The translations under genes were made by a program, and so were the position numbers. From a virus (taxonomy: Duplodnaviria; Caudoviricetes), in the IMG/VR virus record IMGVR_UViG_3300021431_000003, positions 96,001 through 160,000 of that record: a stretch of 64,000 nucleotides of DNA; one strand, 5' to 3'. Positions 29,154-38,072 of this stretch are shown piece after piece. The stretch's first letter is position 1. Every line of letters starts with the position of its first letter. Below the pieces are notes generated by a model. That model was not told the origin of the DNA. It searched no databases and saw nothing but the letters and a program-made list of their open reading frames with translations.

Positions 29154-30347
29154 TTAAGACATGAGCTTTTTAATGCTATACTCAAGTACAAATATTAACA
29201 TAGGTATTGTGTAGAATAAATCAGCTGTAGGTTTAAAATCAATAGCTTCTAATAATGGTATAATAGAAGAATCAAGTTTAACATCGTTGAAATAGTCTAC
29301 GATAATATTATAGTATGCTTTCGGATCATTTGGTAATAGCTTTTCTTTAAATTTAACATTACTAATCAATTGTGCATCTACTGGATTAAACAATGATAGA
29401 CCAAAATCTTTATGTTTAATTATATAGTAATCATCTGCTACAGTAGAGAATAATGAATACTGGTCTTGTATAAGCTCAGCATTACAATTTTGATTAGTAA
29501 ATTTATCTACAGTTTTAGTCTCTAAAGCTCTAAATAGACTTTGATTATAATCAATAGAGAAAGTTCTTGGAACTGGTACTTCATGATTAATATAGATATA
29601 TTCAGTAGACCCAGATAAGATATCATTTCTATATAAGAATTCAATCATGTATGGATCATAGAGATTACCATAAGGACCAGTATAAGTAAATGTCTGTACA
29701 GAGTCATTATAGAATAGAGAGATATAATAATCCTTCATTTGTATAAGCAGACCATCTAATGCATCAATACAATCATAGATAGTTTCTTTTACTATAACAT
29801 TATAGCTTGTACCGACATTATTGATAATCATTCTATAAGTTTCAGTGACCTGATTATCAATATAAGATTCACCTGTTTGGTCAATTTGTGCATCAAATTT
29901 ATAAACGTTATTGTTATTATCTATAGTGTCATATGATACTGAATTAACTCTATAGATAAAATTTTTACCAGCCTGTTTAAGAGTGAAATGGTCACCTTGA
30001 TAAGGAATCCATGTATTAGGAAGTACAATACCACTAATAGATGGAGGTGCAGTAGATAGACCATCTTCATCGTACTCTAAGTCAATTTCAATCTGAATTC
30101 CTTGACTATAAAAGATTGCATCTTTAATGAGTTTATAACGAATTGGACTATTCTTACCAATTGCTACATATTCTGCTCCAGTACCTTCATCTAGCGTAGT
30201 AGCATCTTTATCAATATTATACCAATCACAAATAACAGGAGGCTTATTATTGAATACATAGTTAGCAGTTTTTACTTTCTGTATCATACCAGAAGTAAGA
30301 GAGTCAATAGCTTTAGTATATGACTTATTAATAAACTTACCACCCAT
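29154..30347 (-). CDS. Putative virion structural protein (neck/head-closure candidate)
   Basis: 397 aa, AAGGAGG RBS, late promoter 30374-30385; beta-rich N-domain with PYQGDHF..YRVNSV. Confidence 0.45.
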   Translation of the reverse strand: MGGKFINKSYTKAIDSLTSGMIQKVKTANYVFNNKPPVICDWYNIDKDATTLDEGTGAEYVAIGKNSPIRYKLIKDAIFYSQGIQIEIDLEYDEDGLSTAPPSISGIVLPNTWIPYQGDHFTLKQAGKNFIYRVNSVSYDTIDNNNNVYKFDAQIDQTGESYIDNQVTETYRMIINNVGTSYNVIVKETIYDCIDALDGLLIQMKDYYISLFYNDSVQTFTYTGPYGNLYDPYMIEFLYRNDILSGSTEYIYINHEVPVPRTFSIDYNQSLFRALETKTVDKFTNQNCNAELIQDQYSLFSTVADDYYIIKHKDFGLSLFNPVDAQLISNVKFKEKLLPNDPKAYYNIIVDYFNDVKLDSSIIPLLEAIDFKPTADLFYTIPMLIFVLEYSIKKLMS

Positions 30348-30398
30348 CTATATACCTCCTTGTATGGTTATATTATTGAAATGTTCAACAAACAAAAA

Positions 30399-30426
30399 AT
30401 AAGGGGTGAAGTAAATCACCCCTTAT
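30399..30426 (-). terminator. Intrinsic terminator
   Basis: ataaggggtga-agtaaa-tcaccccttat with upstream A-tract, after primase. Confidence 0.75.
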
Positions 30427-31454
30427 ATTTTATAACAGAAGTCGTCCATTCTCCATTCTGGTACACCGAAGTCTTTCTCATTTCTGTACTTGTTTCTATG
30501 CAAGAAGAACTGATACCCAAATACAGAGTAGTTCATAACTATATTAGTTATCATCTTATCATCTACATCTGCATCTGGGAAAAAGTGTACTTCTAGACTA
30601 AATGGCATTGCAGTATGAATAAACCAATATAAAGCTTTCTCATATGCTTTACCACGTCCAGCAATATATACACAATTATCTTCAGACTTTATTAGATTGT
30701 ATTTTATACCCAATACATCAAACGGTCCTTCTGCAATATATAACTTTACAGATCTACTTAAATCTACACTACATGGAAGTATATAGAAGTCATTATCTGG
30801 TGTATTCTTAAACACCTTATAATTGATATACTTCTGCTGCAATGATTCTTCTAGTTTACTTTCTGCATAACTACCAGATATGATATTTCTCATATTCAAA
30901 CTAGCATTACTTCTAGAAAGGAATCCTATAAAGTAGTAATTAAGTTGTTGTACAGTATTAGGATGTCTTGTAAGATAGTTAATACCATTGCGAGATAATA
31001 GGTCTGATATATTGAGTATAATCTTATTTTTTATACAATCTTCATATGTGAATCTAAAACCAAGTCTATCATTAACATACTTAAGTTTGTAATCAGATAA
31101 CTCATTCATGGTTATATTATCCCACAATAGATTATAGAATGAATTGTTTCCAGAAAATCCCATCTTAAAGTCTAAACCTTTATTAGAATTCAATATCTCT
31201 GGGTCAAGTTGTTTTGATATTCCGATATCATCTAAAAAGTTTTGGTTTAGATAACCATGAGATTTACATATGAAACAATTATAAGTGATCGGTTTATTAG
31301 GGTCATTAAATGGTCCTATATATAGCTTTGGTCTTTGTTCACCGCAAAATGGACAAGGACAAGCTATTTCGTTACCACCTGATACAAGTTGTGGTCTATC
31401 AAGTACTTGTAGAAGATATTGTTTTATCGCTTCCTTCTGTATCATTATCATCAA
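30423..31454 (-). CDS. DNA primase (Zn finger + TOPRIM, divergent DnaG-type)
   Basis: CPFCG...YNCFIC zinc ribbon, IAEGPFD and FPDAD TOPRIM motifs, C-terminal KDFG. Confidence 0.85.
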   Translation of the reverse strand: MMIMIQKEAIKQYLLQVLDRPQLVSGGNEIACPCPFCGEQRPKLYIGPFNDPNKPITYNCFICKSHGYLNQNFLDDIGISKQLDPEILNSNKGLDFKMGFSGNNSFYNLLWDNITMNELSDYKLKYVNDRLGFRFTYEDCIKNKIILNISDLLSRNGINYLTRHPNTVQQLNYYFIGFLSRSNASLNMRNIISGSYAESKLEESLQQKYINYKVFKNTPDNDFYILPCSVDLSRSVKLYIAEGPFDVLGIKYNLIKSEDNCVYIAGRGKAYEKALYWFIHTAMPFSLEVHFFPDADVDDKMITNIVMNYSVFGYQFFLHRNKYRNEKDFGVPEWRMDDFCYKI

Positions 31455-31677
31455 CTACTTTCTTATCTATATTAATCTCATACCCTAATGCTTCAGCATA
31501 ACGTATAAGACTTCTAAGAGTATAAGAGTTTTCTCCACTCTCTATATTACTTATTGTAGCTGTTGATAGTCCACTCATTTCTGACAATTGTTTCTGAGTA
31601 AGACCACGAGACTTACGAATATTCGTAAGTCTCATTCTAATGAATTGGTCTTGAATATATACATCTACATTATTCAT
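31399..31677 (-). CDS. XRE-family helix-turn-helix regulator
   Basis: IRKSRGLTQKQLSEMSGLSTATISNIESG..TLRSLIRYAEALG. Confidence 0.9.
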   Translation of the reverse strand: MNNVDVYIQDQFIRMRLTNIRKSRGLTQKQLSEMSGLSTATISNIESGENSYTLRSLIRYAEALGYEINIDKKVVDDNDTEGSDKTISSTST

Positions 31678-32326
31678 TTATACCAATCCTCACCTTCAAT
31701 TCAAGTTCTATAAGCTTATCTACATCTACACCAGCGCATTTGTTAGCATCAGCTTCTGGAGAAAGACTATAATATTTAGTAATAGATTCTTTTCGATATT
31801 GATATTCAGATATATCACTGATATCATCTCTTTCATCTATCATTATCAAAAAGGCATTATAATCTTTGATAAACATAAGGTCTTCAGAATTAAGGACATC
31901 TTCTGCTCCTTCTCTGAATACGCTAATGATATCTTTAGTATGAAGAACATGACCAATTTCATGTTTAATGCTTTCTTCTATATAAGCATTGATGTCTTGT
32001 TCGTTATTAGACCCTGCTAAAATTTCAGATATATGATATTTTGGAAGAATGATACGGTAATAAACATTACCGTCTCTGAAAGTATCATACTTAGTAAACA
32101 TGAATGACTGTTCAAACAGATAGTCATTTGTAATTTCTATCATTACAGACTGTACACAATCACAGTTATGCTTGTATCTAGCATCATATTCGTCTACCAT
32201 ATATTCCGTTATCGTTGGTACAGTAAATGATACATCATCTCCAAGACCAAACTGTGCCTTTAATCTGATAAATGCTTGTTTAGCAAATTCGGCATACTTA
32301 TTAACTATCTCAAACTTAGTCATCAT
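31670..32326 (-). CDS. Putative zincin-like metallopeptidase (HEXXH)
   Basis: IKHEIGHVL ... YYSLSPEADAN; paralog of the adjacent gene. Confidence 0.6.
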   Translation of the reverse strand: MMTKFEIVNKYAEFAKQAFIRLKAQFGLGDDVSFTVPTITEYMVDEYDARYKHNCDCVQSVMIEITNDYLFEQSFMFTKYDTFRDGNVYYRIILPKYHISEILAGSNNEQDINAYIEESIKHEIGHVLHTKDIISVFREGAEDVLNSEDLMFIKDYNAFLIMIDERDDISDISEYQYRKESITKYYSLSPEADANKCAGVDVDKLIELELKVRIGINE

Positions 32327-32993
32327 TACAATCACTTTCCTTTTCAATTCTGATTTCCCACTCTACTGTATCAGCAATATTTATGCCTACAGCTTCATTA
32401 GCCTTTTTTTCCATAGGAAGATTATGATAATAGGTATAATATTCTCTCATACCATCTTCATCAAGAATATCGAAATCATGTTCTTTGATATATTCTTCCC
32501 ATAATCTCTCTTCTTCTGCTACATCATTTTTAAAGATTTCTCCAGCTTCACTTACCTCGTATTCTTTAAAAATTTTGATATTAGTCAGTACATGTCCAAC
32601 CTCATGTTTAAGACAATGCTTAAGATAATCAATCAATATATCTTTTGGACAATCTACATGATAATACAGAAATTTACAAAGTGTTTCTTCTGGAATTATA
32701 ATAGCTTGTACAGGAGTTCCATCTTTTAGTACACATAATAATTTATTATACATAAGTGTACCGTCAAAACGTTCATCATCTATATAAGCTTTATATAATT
32801 CTTCTTTTGTTGATGTACTAAACTTCCATAGTTTTTCATAATTAACCATGAATTCAAGTTTAGAATTTGCTACGATAAATAACAGACTATATTTATCAAT
32901 CGCCTCATTCAATCCGAATTCCTTACTGAGTTCATCGAATTCATTATAAAGCATAGCTTTAATTTTTGTCAAGAAGCCATATCTCTTATTCAT
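32316..32993 (-). CDS. Putative zincin-like metallopeptidase (HEXXH)
   Basis: LKHEVGHVL ... YHNLPMEKKAN; start after GAGGAGG RBS. Confidence 0.6.
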   Translation of the reverse strand: MNKRYGFLTKIKAMLYNEFDELSKEFGLNEAIDKYSLLFIVANSKLEFMVNYEKLWKFSTSTKEELYKAYIDDERFDGTLMYNKLLCVLKDGTPVQAIIIPEETLCKFLYYHVDCPKDILIDYLKHCLKHEVGHVLTNIKIFKEYEVSEAGEIFKNDVAEEERLWEEYIKEHDFDILDEDGMREYYTYYHNLPMEKKANEAVGINIADTVEWEIRIEKESDCNDD

Positions 32994-34017
32994 CACAATC
33001 ATCCTCCTCATTATTTCCAAAGTCAAATGGTCTATTTGGAACACTTAGCAGAACGATTCTGTGGTCTGTATAGTAATTAATATTTCTATCTTTCCACTTA
33101 TCATAGCAAGTCGATACAAACTTATCTATCTCATCAAAGTCAGAGATATCAAATACACATACAGCAATCTGTTCTCCTCCAGATGTCATACCTACAAGGA
33201 ATACCATATTGTTAGAATGCAATGCTTTAGCTGCAGCTTTTTTAAGAGCCTCTATATCTCCCTTTGTAATGCATCTATACTGCTTTTCTGGCGGAATCAT
33301 TGCTTCTGGTGGAAATTCTTCTTCAAGTAAATCAAGAGCATTATCAATGAATGTATCTCTATCTTCTCCAGAAAACATATAATGTTTTACTACACTATCA
33401 AATTTCTCGTAAAAACCTGATTCATTTATCATATCTTTAAACTTTTCTTCGGCATTCTCTTCTTTTTCAATAATAGATTCTCCTGCTGCTTTAACAAGTG
33501 CTTCCATAAGAGCTTCTTCTCTTTCTTGAGAAGTTTTTGATTTTTCTTTTTCATTGAATTTATCGATATTGTGTTTAATATTACTGATAGTAGTAAGCAT
33601 ATACTTATAATGAGAAATTTCTGCATATTTCTTAATCTTATCTCTAAGCTGAGCAGCATATGCTTTAACTTCTTCATTTAATTCTTTGAATCTCTTGTCT
33701 TCAATATTTTCAGACATCATATCAAGTCCTTCTGTAATAATATCGAAGAATGCTACATCTGCAACATCAAATTCTGTTGTTCCATATTGACAACGGATAA
33801 TATCATTTACATCATCATATCTAACAAACTCTGTTAAAAGATTCTCATGGCACTCAAAGATATCTCCATTATTAACAGAGAGTACTATCCAATGGTGTTT
33901 CTTTTTAGCCTTCTTAATTGTAGTTACTACACTTGTACTTGCTGCCATGTTACTCTCATTAAGAGCATCAAAGATGTAAGTAACTCCAGCATAAATCGGT
34001 TTTCTCTTTTCAAACAT
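32986..34017 (-). CDS. Hypothetical protein
   Basis: Long ORF, GGAGG RBS before MFEKRK, central coiled coil. Confidence 0.65.
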   Translation of the reverse strand: MFEKRKPIYAGVTYIFDALNESNMAASTSVVTTIKKAKKKHHWIVLSVNNGDIFECHENLLTEFVRYDDVNDIIRCQYGTTEFDVADVAFFDIITEGLDMMSENIEDKRFKELNEEVKAYAAQLRDKIKKYAEISHYKYMLTTISNIKHNIDKFNEKEKSKTSQEREEALMEALVKAAGESIIEKEENAEEKFKDMINESGFYEKFDSVVKHYMFSGEDRDTFIDNALDLLEEEFPPEAMIPPEKQYRCITKGDIEALKKAAAKALHSNNMVFLVGMTSGGEQIAVCVFDISDFDEIDKFVSTCYDKWKDRNINYYTDHRIVLLSVPNRPFDFGNNEEDDCDE

Positions 34018-34044
34018 AACTAAGACCTCCAAAAATTTTATTAT

Positions 34045-34076
34045 AGACAGAGAGGAGATTTAACTCCTCTCTGTCT
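34045..34076. terminator. Strong hairpin between co-oriented genes (terminator or processing site)
   Basis: agacagagaggag-atttaa-ctcctctctgtct, 13-bp stem. Confidence 0.55.
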
Positions 34077-34081
34077 TTAAA

Positions 34082-35662
34082 TCATACTTGAATAATAAAT
34101 CTTAAGACTTCATCAATAAGAATATCTGATTCCATCTTAATATCCATACCGTCAATATCCTTATTATAATAATCTATAACTTGGAATTTGCTACTAAGCA
34201 TTGTTGCTACCAATGCGAGTATTTGTTTGATTTTCTTTTCGTCACCATTATACTTCCTCATGATTTCGTTATAATACTCAGACTGTTCAAGTTTGATAAG
34301 CTCTTTCTTACAGAGAGTTGTTCTTTGAGAAATCTGAATAATATTACTTGCAAAGATATAAGGCAACAGACGCATACCACTATTAAGCATATGACGCTTA
34401 CCTGCGATTATAAGTGTAATATACTGGTCTGCATTAATAGAGTTGATACTTACTGTATCACCAAAATATTTATAAAACATGTTATTCACAAGATTCTGTT
34501 GGAATCTATTGATAACAGGCCTACCATGTTTAGTAAGTTCTCTCTTATAATAATCAATCTCTGCTTGTTCAAATGGTCCAAACTTTGCAACGATTGATTC
34601 CATAATCTTCTCACATCTGAAGTCATTCTGAATAAGAAGAGATTCATCTGTCTTAATAAGATGAGCCTCGAACTTATCAATCTGAGAAGTATTGTCTTCT
34701 CCATCTCTTTTACTACTACTGAGAGATGAATAGTCGTATTCATAACTGATATCAGAAATATTGTACTTGATATTATTACGAACAGACGATATGTTATAGC
34801 TCACTATATTACCATTATAGGTATACTTAGGCATTACCTGCATTATAGTAGTATTGATAGCATCATTGCTATTAATGGTAGGTGAGTATCCTCTAATCTC
34901 ACTAATAGTCCAGAGAATCTTGTTTGTCTTATAGTGAGACTGCATTGTCGTACTTGCAGTTTCATAAAGCTTTGCATACATATCTGCAGGCTTTAATCCT
35001 CTGATAGCCATTTTATCGAAGTCTACATATACTTCAAACAGCCAATTGTATACAGTAAAGATAATCTCATGAATCTTCTCTGTAGAAGTGATTCTATTTC
35101 TGTATACAAAATGCATAATCAGTGGGATAAGCATATTCATAAAGAGACTCATCTCCATGAAATACTTACCATGATTATTGTTATACTGAAGACCCTCATT
35201 ACTTTTATTCTTGTAATTCAGGTCGAGTTGATAATTTGAACTTACCATACTCCATGCCTTATTATACATAGAGTCTGACAAGATATAAGTCTTGATATCA
35301 CTATAGAAATCTTGAAGAGTATAAGCTTTAATAAGATTCCCATTATTATCAATAAATCCTGTATCCATAAGCTGTTTCATTCTAAACATATAGAACAATA
35401 GCTCATGTTCTGAATCGAAATACTTTTCGAAATAATTTAGATACTGACAAATGTGAGCTCTGACTTCATCAGAGTTATAACATCTTTTCGGGGTCAGCAT
35501 AAAACTGTCTAATACCTTGCTTTCTTCAATACCGAAGAAGCGAGATACTGGTAAGATAATTGCATTCTTACACTCTCTAAAAATTCTTTCCTCCTCTCTC
35601 GGATACCATTCATCTACTCTAGGCAGAAAGAATGGTGATGTTAATATTTCGTAAAGTTCCAT
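34082..35662 (-). CDS. Conserved-looking early helical protein; candidate promoter-specificity (sigma-like) subunit of non-virion RNAP
   Basis: 526 aa, mostly helical, early promoter 35698-35712, AGGAGG RBS; function is inference from size and expression class only. Confidence 0.35.
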   Translation of the reverse strand: MELYEILTSPFFLPRVDEWYPREEERIFRECKNAIILPVSRFFGIEESKVLDSFMLTPKRCYNSDEVRAHICQYLNYFEKYFDSEHELLFYMFRMKQLMDTGFIDNNGNLIKAYTLQDFYSDIKTYILSDSMYNKAWSMVSSNYQLDLNYKNKSNEGLQYNNNHGKYFMEMSLFMNMLIPLIMHFVYRNRITSTEKIHEIIFTVYNWLFEVYVDFDKMAIRGLKPADMYAKLYETASTTMQSHYKTNKILWTISEIRGYSPTINSNDAINTTIMQVMPKYTYNGNIVSYNISSVRNNIKYNISDISYEYDYSSLSSSKRDGEDNTSQIDKFEAHLIKTDESLLIQNDFRCEKIMESIVAKFGPFEQAEIDYYKRELTKHGRPVINRFQQNLVNNMFYKYFGDTVSINSINADQYITLIIAGKRHMLNSGMRLLPYIFASNIIQISQRTTLCKKELIKLEQSEYYNEIMRKYNGDEKKIKQILALVATMLSSKFQVIDYYNKDIDGMDIKMESDILIDEVLRFIIQV

Positions 35663-35717
35663 ATAAATACCTCCTATTCATATAGAGATTAGATTTACGC
35701 AATAATAATATACAACC

Positions 35718-36494
35718 TTATCTCTTTTTAACTTTTTTAATGGTTGAAGTTGTCTTGGTTTTACCTACAATCTTAGTAATCTTAGGTTTAAGTGTATCTA
35801 ATGGATTATCGCCAATAAGATTCTTAGATTTAATTACTTTACTTTTGGGTTGCTCTTTGATTCTTTTTTCTTTTTCCTCTTTTGTAATTTTATTACGTTC
35901 CTGAAGCTTTTTATCAAAACTTGGAATAGTACCAGCAAGTTTGATAATACCACCACTAGAAGCAATTCTATTGAGTGTATCTTTCTCAAACAAATTCTCT
36001 CTATTCATAACGATATAAGCAAAGTAAAGTGATTTATTATAACCCATAGCATTATCGGGATTTCGCATTGTAGGTTTCTGTACAAGACATCTGAATGGGA
36101 GATGTTTTTCAAGGTCAGAAATTAAGACTCCATGAGTCTTAAATGTGTATGCATATGTATACACGAAATTAGTATCATTAGAAAAGAATCTAACATTATA
36201 TTTTTTAATGCTTCTATTAGAAGACGAATCATCTTCATTCTGAGTAAATTCTACTACTACATCATTGAAAAAACCTTTTGTAGAAGATGGGATGAGAAAG
36301 TGAATATAATATAACTGTTTACCGCCAGTCTTAGTTTGTCTATAAACAGTATACTTCACTTTATCGTTTCTACTTTCAAGAGACATAAGTTCTTTTTCAT
36401 AAGGTTCACTATTAAAAGCCATAGAGTTAACTGCACTACCTCTACCAGATGGATTAGCAATGTAATCATCGAATGTATATTTTAATTTAGCCAT
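35718..36494 (-). CDS. Hypothetical late protein with basic C-terminal tail
   Basis: Start MAKLKY at 36494 after GAAAGGA; AACT-N6-TA promoter 36522-36533. Confidence 0.65.
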   Translation of the reverse strand: MAKLKYTFDDYIANPSGRGSAVNSMAFNSEPYEKELMSLESRNDKVKYTVYRQTKTGGKQLYYIHFLIPSSTKGFFNDVVVEFTQNEDDSSSNRSIKKYNVRFFSNDTNFVYTYAYTFKTHGVLISDLEKHLPFRCLVQKPTMRNPDNAMGYNKSLYFAYIVMNRENLFEKDTLNRIASSGGIIKLAGTIPSFDKKLQERNKITKEEKEKRIKEQPKSKVIKSKNLIGDNPLDTLKPKITKIVGKTKTTSTIKKVKKR

Positions 36495-36621
36495 ATATAA
36501 TGTTCCTTTCTGAGAAATATTTATAGTTAAGTTTCTACACCTGTAAAAACAAATCATTAGATATATACTATATCTATGATAGACAAATCTATCAACAAAT
36601 TTTTTAAGGAGGGTCATATTT

Positions 36622-37527
36622 ATGGCTAAGGTAAGTGAAATTAAGAATTCGGGAGAAATTGTAACTCTTGTTACACATGCAGGCAATTTTCATAGCGATG
36701 ATGTAGTTGCAACAGCAATACTCAGATTATACTTTCAATATAAGGGTATTGAAACTAACGTAGTTCGTACATTTAAACCAGCTGAAATGGGCTATACTGA
36801 TGATACTCCTAACTGTGTTATTTATGATATCGGTTTAGGACAGTATGACCATCATCAGATTGGCGATGCAGCTAAGCATTGTATCAGAATCGATACCAAT
36901 GAAGATGGTACTACTGTAGAGCGTAAGTATGCTGCAGTTGGTCTTCTTTGGAAAGAAATTGGAGAGGAAATTGTGGGTAAATACGCTGATGTTATTTATG
37001 ATAACATTATTAGACCCATCGATAATCATGATAATGGATTTGGACATAATCCTTTATCTACTCTTATAGGAGCAATGAATTCTCTTAAACCAGAGGCTAC
37101 AAAAGAAGACCATGACAACTGTTTTTATAAGGCCGTAGATGTAATTACGGCTATGCTTGTTAGCATGTTTCTTAAATATAAGCTGCAGATTAAAAATGAA
37201 GAGGTACTTCAGAAGTATGTAAAACCTGGAAGTTCGTGTCTTGTTTATGACTATTATCTTTCTGGAGCTGATGAAGTATGTAGAGAAATGTGTATTCCAT
37301 TCTATGTATATCCTAATATTAGAGGTGGTTGGTGCTTCAAAACTATTTGTCCTGATCCTAAGAATATAAGCGTTCATCTTGTTGACATTCCAGACGAAGT
37401 GAGAAATTGGACTGGTGTAACTTTCTTACATCCAAATTGCTTCCTTGGAAGTGCTGACACTAAAGAGCGTGCAATTGAAATTTGTGAAAAGCTTTGTCAC
37501 GCTCCATATAGTAACTATCTCGATTAA
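36622..37527 (+). CDS. MYG1-family (DHH superfamily) exonuclease
   Basis: THAGNFHSDDV, YDIG.GQYDHHQ, YAAVGLLWK, IDNHDNG, TFLHPNCF; early promoter 36564-36578. Confidence 0.9.
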   Translation: MAKVSEIKNSGEIVTLVTHAGNFHSDDVVATAILRLYFQYKGIETNVVRTFKPAEMGYTDDTPNCVIYDIGLGQYDHHQIGDAAKHCIRIDTNEDGTTVERKYAAVGLLWKEIGEEIVGKYADVIYDNIIRPIDNHDNGFGHNPLSTLIGAMNSLKPEATKEDHDNCFYKAVDVITAMLVSMFLKYKLQIKNEEVLQKYVKPGSSCLVYDYYLSGADEVCREMCIPFYVYPNIRGGWCFKTICPDPKNISVHLVDIPDEVRNWTGVTFLHPNCFLGSADTKERAIEICEKLCHAPYSNYLD

Positions 37528-37534
37528 TCTCAAT

Positions 37535-37569
37535 AAAATAACGGGTGTTACTACAACACCCGTTATTTT
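37535..37569 (+). terminator. Intrinsic terminator
   Basis: aaaataacgggtgtt-actac-aacacccgttatttt. Confidence 0.8.
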
Positions 37570-37580
37570 TTTAATACAGA

Positions 37581-37592
37581 AACAATTTAGTA
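37581..37592 (+). promoter_or_regulatory. AR9-type late promoter (baseplate operon)
   Basis: aacaatttagta between terminator and RBS. Confidence 0.75.
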
Positions 37593-37616
37593 ATATATGA
37601 AAGGAGGTTATCTCCT

Positions 37617-38048
37617 ATGGCTACTGATGGTAAATATACAGATTACTTTGTGGATAAAACCGAACCATTGTTATCTGTAGATAAATACTATAAACCTCTT
37701 GTTGCTAAGGATGAAAACTATGCGACATTATTACTAGTAAGATTGATTCTGTTAGAGCCAGGAACTTTCCAAACACACCCAGATTGTGGTGTAGGTCTAG
37801 TTTCTAAATTCAGATATGCTACTGACGTAGATATGATTGAATTACAGAAAAGAATTAAAGACCAAATCATGTTATATTTACCTCAATACTCACTTGTCAA
37901 TGTAAAGTGTGAATTGGGTGATAATAAAACTGGTGATGAAAAAGTCATCAAAATTTATATTACATCTGAGCAGCTCAATGTCTTTTTACCAATCAATGTA
38001 GAGACAGGTGAGGTCTTAGAAACTACAAAATTAAGTGATTTTAGATAA
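37617..38048 (+). CDS. Baseplate wedge/sheath-initiator protein (T4 gp25-like)
   Basis: LILLEPGT...HPDCGVGL...IKDQI..YLP pattern of the gp25/GpW family; late promoter 37581-37592. Confidence 0.7.
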   Translation: MATDGKYTDYFVDKTEPLLSVDKYYKPLVAKDENYATLLLVRLILLEPGTFQTHPDCGVGLVSKFRYATDVDMIELQKRIKDQIMLYLPQYSLVNVKCELGDNKTGDEKVIKIYITSEQLNVFLPINVETGEVLETTKLSDFR

Positions 38049-38072
38049 GTATTGCATAAGGAGGAAATTATT

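Noticed and set aside
36495-36686. Upstream extension of ORF 35718-36686 in the ORF track
   Set aside because: It overlaps the divergent MYG1 gene and both promoters; RBS and promoter support a start at 36494.
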